Positions 35,132 to 40,157 of a stretch of DNA of 40,157 nt are shown piece after piece. Both the position numbers and the translations under genes were made by a program. How positions within the stretch are numbered: position 1 is the stretch's first letter; each line of letters opens with the position of its first letter. The DNA comes from Prevotellaceae bacterium. Its GTDB lineage: Bacteria; Bacteroidota; Bacteroidia; Bacteroidales; Bacteroidaceae. The notes below the pieces were generated by a model. That model ran no database searches, was not told the origin of the DNA, and saw nothing but the letters and a program-made list of their open reading frames with translations. The stretch lies in contig JAISGR010000032.1 in NCBI GenBank assembly GCA_031262995.1, positions 1 through 40,157 of the forward strand, in the 5' to 3' direction.

Positions 35132-38100
35132 TCAAAATTGAGTAATTACTGAGTAATTGGGATACCACCAATATTTTTCACTCATGCTGTTGTGATAACG
35201 ATGCACTTCCATACTTGATTGTATAACAGTATTTATACCTCCGGGAACAAAAACCTCTGTAACGCCATATAACACTGCAAAGTAAGGATTGCTATATGCC
35301 GCACTTCCTAGCATTGCATTAAAACCGGCCTTCATAGGATGAGTAACATTAGAAGAATTCGGATTATTATAATAATTCCAAATTCCTATTCCGTCATAAA
35401 GAATTGACGCACCAAACGCAACTCCTCCTATCACTTTTCCTATTTTTGACATCTGATACGTAGTAATTTGGGCTTTACTTCCTCCTGTCCATCCCGAAGC
35501 ATACCATTTGGGACTAAATTGAGAGCCATTTTTTACACCATTAGTAAATCGCAGCGAAGCATCCGAAAAACTGGCGATTGTCCCTACAAGTCCCATCACA
35601 CTGTTTGCTTTTAGAAAAATATTTGATGAAGAGTAGCCGGGCATAGAAAATCCTACCCGTACAGCTTCTCCATTTTCTACTGTACCATAGCTCGAATAAT
35701 ACATATTGGTTTTATCGTTATAGGTCAAACCGGAGAGGAATTCCGCATCGGTAGCATGTCCCCATGAACTATAATTGAAGGACTCATAATTACTATTCCC
35801 GGCTAAATATGATTCCATAAATCGACGTATCTCATCCGGATCGGAAGTACTCCAATAGTCCATACCTGTAGGGTCTACATATCTTATCGGATTTCCCGCA
35901 CAATACACATACGGACTCATACTCGGATACCTCTCCGCCATCGGATCCATCGTAGTAAACCCCGACACCGTTGCATAATACTGTCGTGCCTCGAAGTCAC
36001 TCCAGAACAGGTTCTTGTTTCCGTCAAACTCCTTAGCGCCGTACTTGTAGGGTTGTCCCGTAGTGGTAACACTCGTTCCGAACAACATGCCGTACGGGTA
36101 GTAATGATTGGTTTGTTGAACCGTACCGCTCGCACTTGCCACCACCCGATTGTTACCCAAGTGGTCTTGCAGGTAGTAATAGTAGGTACCGTTTTCTATG
36201 TACCCGCCATCTACCAAGATGCGCTTTAAGGTGTTGTTCTCGTAAACCATGTTTCCTGCGTATTGCGTGGTTACTTGCGTACTGCCGCTACCGCGTATCG
36301 TTGTCAACTTCCGACCGTTGGCAGCATAAACGTACTGATTGGTCTGAGAGTCGATGGTAAGCGTGCGCGGCAAATTTAAGATATTGTACGTTATGTTGCT
36401 AATTTTCTGATTCAAATCTTTGGTACGGTTGCCGTTTGCGTCATAAGCATACCTTGTACCGGTAAGGCTATTGGTGCGAAAATCATTCGATTGATTTTGT
36501 CCTATTCCGGGTACGGAAGCCGTTTCGGAAACTGTCGTTAACTGATTGCCCGTGTAGTTCATGGTCAAGTTGTCAACCACTCCGTAACTACTTTGACCGA
36601 TATTGCCTTTACGATTCAATGTAAGCATATTGCCGTGTTTGTCGTAAGTGTACGAAGTCCCGTACCTTGTATTATAATCGGTGCTACCTTCTTTATAGTT
36701 AGCCGTTATCAGGCGTGAAAGATTGTCGTATGCAAAAGTGTAACCCCGCAAGGTGGTTTCAGTACCGCTCTTCCACGTCATAGCGCCTATATTACCGTTG
36801 TAACGAGCAACACTGCCGGCATAGGCGTCGTTGTAATAGAGCGTTTCGTTAAACAAACTACCGGTGATGGTCTTGAGCCACGAACGAACGTTGTAGGTAT
36901 AGTTGCTCTTAAGTGCAGCAACATTATTGCGCTTATTCTCTTTCAAACGCCCCAAATCATCATATACATTGTCAATTAAAGTTTGCTCCGTACCACTATT
37001 CAACTTATGCTTGCTCGTAAGCAACCTTCCTGCTTGGTCGTACGTATAGGCATACTCTTCGGTGGTTGTAGTGCCACTGCCTTTGTAATGGATATGCTTG
37101 CGCTTTACAGGTTGCCCGACGAAGTTGTAGGCGATGTACTCTTTCTCGTAACCGTTAGTGAATTGATTGGTGGATTTGGTCTGTATCAGACGACTACGAT
37201 TGTCGTAATATATCACGGTATAGAGATAAGACGAATCCGGAGCAATATCCAGTTTCGCAACAGCCGTACCGGTAAGCTTGCCCTTGTGCTGATAAGTGCT
37301 ATTGTCGGCACCGTAACGAGTATTGTAGTTTGTTCCTTGCGAGCTATCATACGCAAGTTCGCTTTTAAAACCGGTATTAGCTGTGTTTTTAAATCCGGGT
37401 AAGACCTTAAAGTCATAATTGTCGTAGTAGTATACTTGTCCTATTCGCACATCAGTCATGGATATACCACTAATAGCATAACCCATTTTGTTGCCTGTGG
37501 CACTTGTGTTGTAGCTGGCTTTAACAACACTACTCAGAGATGAATAAGTGCGGCAACTGCCACTCAATACCGTACGTCCTAATGCATCGGGGATGGTAAA
37601 TGTCCATTCATAAAGTGAGATTGCCCGTTGATTGGCATCTTGTGTCAAAATGAGGCGGTCGGCTGTATCATAAACATAACGAATGTATTCGCAACCGGGC
37701 AGCTTCTTTTCTATACAGCGATTACGATTATCGTACTTGTATTGATAAGCGTACCGTGCCAAACCTGTAGCATTTTGATTATCTTGATACATAGGGGGTA
37801 GCACAAAACGCAGATTCCCATAGTCGTCATATACATAATAGGTATCATGTGGAGTGCCCCCGTTCATTTGTCGGGTTAAAACCGTTCGCCCCAGTTTGTC
37901 GGTGAAAGTGTAACTGACATTACCGTCTTCATCGGTGGTTTTGACGACGTAAAGTTGTGCCGTAGCATAATACCCCTTATTTTCCAAACTTCCCGATGAA
38001 TTAACCGAATAACGTGTGCAATTTAATGGAGAGGTCTGCGTATTGGTAAGATATCCGGTCGCAACAGGTTTCACGTTTCCCGTACGCCATGCAGCTCCCG

Positions 38101-39004
38101 GACCGAATTGCTGCACAATTCTGTTGAGTGGCGAAGGTTCGTAGACATTAAGTGAATAAGGGTCATTGTCATTATTGGAATTAAGATGTTTAGATTGTGA
38201 GATTACTGTTGCTGTATCAACGTAAGCTCCATTATTGCTATTTGCCATGGCAGCCGGAAGCCAATTTTTCGCTACACGTCCGATAGCATCGTACTGGGTA
38301 AGTGATACCAAATCTTTGCGACCGGTAGAAGTATCAGTACCACCGGCTTTTACCAATATCGTTTGTTCCGGACGTCCCAAACCGTCGTAATAGCCGACGA
38401 CGTCTTGCCAAGCATTGCCGTCAGCGGAAGTATAGGTGCGGGTAACAATGTGATTATGGTTGGAAGAACCGATGGTGATGGCGTCGGGATAAGAGGCAGG
38501 ATTAGGTATTGGTTCCGGTGTCGGAGGATTAGGAGGTGTTTCATTTCCTCCCCCTGAAACAATGCCTTCTATACGAAGGCTAATGTTCTTAGAATAAGAT
38601 GTTGGCTCGAAAATAATATAATAGTGACCTGCGGGAACATCTATTTCGATGTAAGCCTGACAACCTGTTTCATTACCGGGATATTCGTCTGCATAGAAAT
38701 CTTGACTATCTGTAATAAGGTTTACGCTTTGTAGACCTTGAAAATTCAATCCTCCAGAGAAAAAATAGATATCAGTAGGGCTAAGGAAAGCTGCGATAAT
38801 AAGTGTCATTGGGTTAGTTAATTCTATGCCGATACACATATCAAAACCAGGTCCGTAGAAATAATTTGCGCCATACGACATGTTGTAAGTAGAAGTAGAA
38901 ACAAACGAATTGGAATAAGGACTTCTGTATTCGGGGGTTAATGTTTGCATGTAGGCTTCCAATGGAATAATGCAAAATGATAAATATAGTATAAATCGTT
39001 TCAT
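35132..39004 (-). CDS. Rhs polymorphic toxin: signal peptide, small beta-rich N-domain, Pro-rich linker, DUF6443-like region, YD/Rhs core, toxin CT1
   Basis: Likely start at ATG 39004 (MKRFILYLSFCIIPLEAYMQ). Contains YYDGLGRPEQTI, YEPSPLNR, TYYVYDDYGNLRFVLPP and YYLQDHLGNNRVV, and the autoproteolysis motif DPMAE...NPIRYVDPTG. Confidence 0.93.
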   Translation of the reverse strand: MKRFILYLSFCIIPLEAYMQTLTPEYRSPYSNSFVSTSTYNMSYGANYFYGPGFDMCIGIELTNPMTLIIAAFLSPTDIYFFSGGLNFQGLQSVNLITDSQDFYADEYPGNETGCQAYIEIDVPAGHYYIIFEPTSYSKNISLRIEGIVSGGGNETPPNPPTPEPIPNPASYPDAITIGSSNHNHIVTRTYTSADGNAWQDVVGYYDGLGRPEQTILVKAGGTDTSTGRKDLVSLTQYDAIGRVAKNWLPAAMANSNNGAYVDTATVISQSKHLNSNNDNDPYSLNVYEPSPLNRIVQQFGPGAAWRTGNVKPVATGYLTNTQTSPLNCTRYSVNSSGSLENKGYYATAQLYVVKTTDEDGNVSYTFTDKLGRTVLTRQMNGGTPHDTYYVYDDYGNLRFVLPPMYQDNQNATGLARYAYQYKYDNRNRCIEKKLPGCEYIRYVYDTADRLILTQDANQRAISLYEWTFTIPDALGRTVLSGSCRTYSSLSSVVKASYNTSATGNKMGYAISGISMTDVRIGQVYYYDNYDFKVLPGFKNTANTGFKSELAYDSSQGTNYNTRYGADNSTYQHKGKLTGTAVAKLDIAPDSSYLYTVIYYDNRSRLIQTKSTNQFTNGYEKEYIAYNFVGQPVKRKHIHYKGSGTTTTEEYAYTYDQAGRLLTSKHKLNSGTEQTLIDNVYDDLGRLKENKRNNVAALKSNYTYNVRSWLKTITGSLFNETLYYNDAYAGSVARYNGNIGAMTWKSGTETTLRGYTFAYDNLSRLITANYKEGSTDYNTRYGTSYTYDKHGNMLTLNRKGNIGQSSYGVVDNLTMNYTGNQLTTVSETASVPGIGQNQSNDFRTNSLTGTRYAYDANGNRTKDLNQKISNITYNILNLPRTLTIDSQTNQYVYAANGRKLTTIRGSGSTQVTTQYAGNMVYENNTLKRILVDGGYIENGTYYYYLQDHLGNNRVVASASGTVQQTNHYYPYGMLFGTSVTTTGQPYKYGAKEFDGNKNLFWSDFEARQYYATVSGFTTMDPMAERYPSMSPYVYCAGNPIRYVDPTGMDYWSTSDPDEIRRFMESYLAGNSNYESFNYSSWGHATDAEFLSGLTYNDKTNMYYSSYGTVENGEAVRVGFSMPGYSSSNIFLKANSVMGLVGTIASFSDASLRFTNGVKNGSQFSPKWYASGWTGGSKAQITTYQMSKIGKVIGGVAFGASILYDGIGIWNYYNNPNSSNVTHPMKAGFNAMLGSAAYSNPYFAVLYGVTEVFVPGGINTVIQSSMEVHRYHNSMSEKYWWYPNYSVITQF
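35871..36250. repeat. Rhs-core direct repeat, copy 1 (within the main Rhs gene)
   Basis: Near-identical to 34245-34624. Similarity ends at the DPxG codons. Confidence 0.95.
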
Positions 39005-39017
39005 AACATCCTGTATT

Positions 39018-40157
39018 TTATGGGTTTGTATATTGATATTTGTAACCTTCCAAGTATTGATGATTTCCTTGCTCATCCATGATGTATGCCCATTGCAACC
39101 GTCCAAAAGAGTCATATTCATAATATGTCGTTGTACCGTCAGGGGATGTCTCGGAAGTTTTTCCTATTGCTGGTTTATAAGTGTATACCATGACTTGTCC
39201 TTCAGGATAATTGCTTCTCAATGTGCTATGCAAATTGCGTATGCTTTGGTCATTTGACAACGAAAGATAGGATTGTGAGGGCGTTGAGCCATTTATGTTT
39301 CTGAGTTCTGCAATGGGGTATAGACCGTTATAACCCCACAGATATGCAGTCTTTATTCCGGCTCTGTCCGTGATGGAAATCACTCTACCCTGTGCGTCGT
39401 AATTATAAGTGTAGTCCGTTACATAATTCGATAATTGTCCGGTTATGGGATTCCACCCTTTGGATTGCGTTACCTTTGATGTCAAATAACTATCTGGATA
39501 GCCATATGTAGTATAAACGGAATTGAATAATGTCCATGTCGTACTGCCGTTGTTTTTAACATAGTCGTTCTGATACACCGGCAATGCCAGTTGGTTCTTT
39601 TGATATAGCTTGTTATTAGAACTGTTCGTGTGTATATCGGAAATGTATTTTAACTCCGTTTTCAACGAATCACCATTACTGTTCATGGTCAATACCTCTG
39701 CCAAACGACCAACAGAGTTATATCCATATTTCTTTCCCGACATAACAGAGTCATTGTTCACATATTGTATATTCCGTTCACTCTCTAAGGGATAATCGGA
39801 AATAAGAGTTCTGCTTACATATAAATAGCCTGTATAGAAGCTTGTTAAATGCTCTGCATATTGTTTTTGCAGATGATTATATTTGTAGGAATTCTTTAGT
39901 AAAAGCGTATGGTTATTATTGTAATGATGTTTGCTTAGTAACTTCCCACGGCGAAAGTGATAAGATATAGGTTGTCTATACAAATTGTATGAATATTGAG
40001 GATGTACAATAGTTTTATTACCTGCCGTGTTTAATGTAATAAGGGTTATGTTTAATCCGTTTGAAGATGTATCGTCGGGAGTATCACGATAGGTGCTATA
40101 ATAGTACTCTATGGCAGAGCCATCATTGAATACTTCTCTAACGAAAGAATAACTGAT
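39018..40157 (-). CDS. YD-repeat protein (5' end outside the window), partner gene upstream of the Rhs toxin
   Basis: The frame is open to the window edge (ISYSFVREVFNDGSAIEYYY...). Contains YNYDAQGRV, TAYLWGYNGLYPIAE, YTYKPAIGKTSETSPDGTTTYYEYDSFGRL and a terminal YKYQY. It has no DPxG motif or toxin tail. Confidence 0.88.
   Translation of the reverse strand: MSYSFVREVFNDGSAIEYYYSTYRDTPDDTSSNGLNITLITLNTAGNKTIVHPQYSYNLYRQPISYHFRRGKLLSKHHYNNNHTLLLKNSYKYNHLQKQYAEHLTSFYTGYLYVSRTLISDYPLESERNIQYVNNDSVMSGKKYGYNSVGRLAEVLTMNSNGDSLKTELKYISDIHTNSSNNKLYQKNQLALPVYQNDYVKNNGSTTWTLFNSVYTTYGYPDSYLTSKVTQSKGWNPITGQLSNYVTDYTYNYDAQGRVISITDRAGIKTAYLWGYNGLYPIAELRNINGSTPSQSYLSLSNDQSIRNLHSTLRSNYPEGQVMVYTYKPAIGKTSETSPDGTTTYYEYDSFGRLQWAYIMDEQGNHQYLEGYKYQYTNP

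Noticed and set aside
34291-36135. Duplicated 72-aa ORFs (MRAVRFNKP...) at 34291..34509 and 35917..36135
   Set aside because: Alternate-frame reads of the duplicated Rhs core.
34245-36250. Rhs-core repeat pair as a DGR TR/VR pair
   Set aside because: Mismatches are not confined to adenines of one copy and many are synonymous; no RT is present. The orphan-Rhs explanation fits fully.
39005-39121. 39-aa N-terminal extension of the Rhs ORF in the track
   Set aside because: It overlaps the upstream YD gene. ATG 39004 gives a typical signal peptide immediately after the upstream stop.

Overview
High-GC Bacteroidales chromosomal segment. Evidence for the lineage: the Bacteroidota sigma-A -7 motif TAnnTTTG sits upstream of almost every operon, and the gene order dnaN-exonuclease-coaBC-DUF4835-recN-rlmB-TPR-ridA/folC is Bacteroides-like. 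Most of 1-32250 is housekeeping: prfB, an iron/cobalamin ABC permease and ATPase, rsgA-frr-pyrH-marC, padR-pspC, yebC-pheT, an acyl-CoA ligase, fumarase, DUF4954, folC and the dnaN operon. Two accessory loci stand out. The first is a two-gene type V pilus-like locus (3180-8424): an Mfa1/FimA-like stalk lipoprotein and a 1215-aa tip-like lipoprotein. The second is a visibly AT-richer polymorphic-toxin island (about 32550 to the window end). It holds a partial YD-repeat gene, a signal-peptide-bearing Rhs toxin with a membrane immunity gene, and an orphan Rhs-core/toxin/immunity cassette that repeats the main core at about 94% identity. Other points: prfB lacks the usual programmed +1 frameshift, and four unrelated intergenic tandem arrays (20, 22, 23 and 42 bp periods) are present. 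Family names come from my recognition of motifs, not from database searches.
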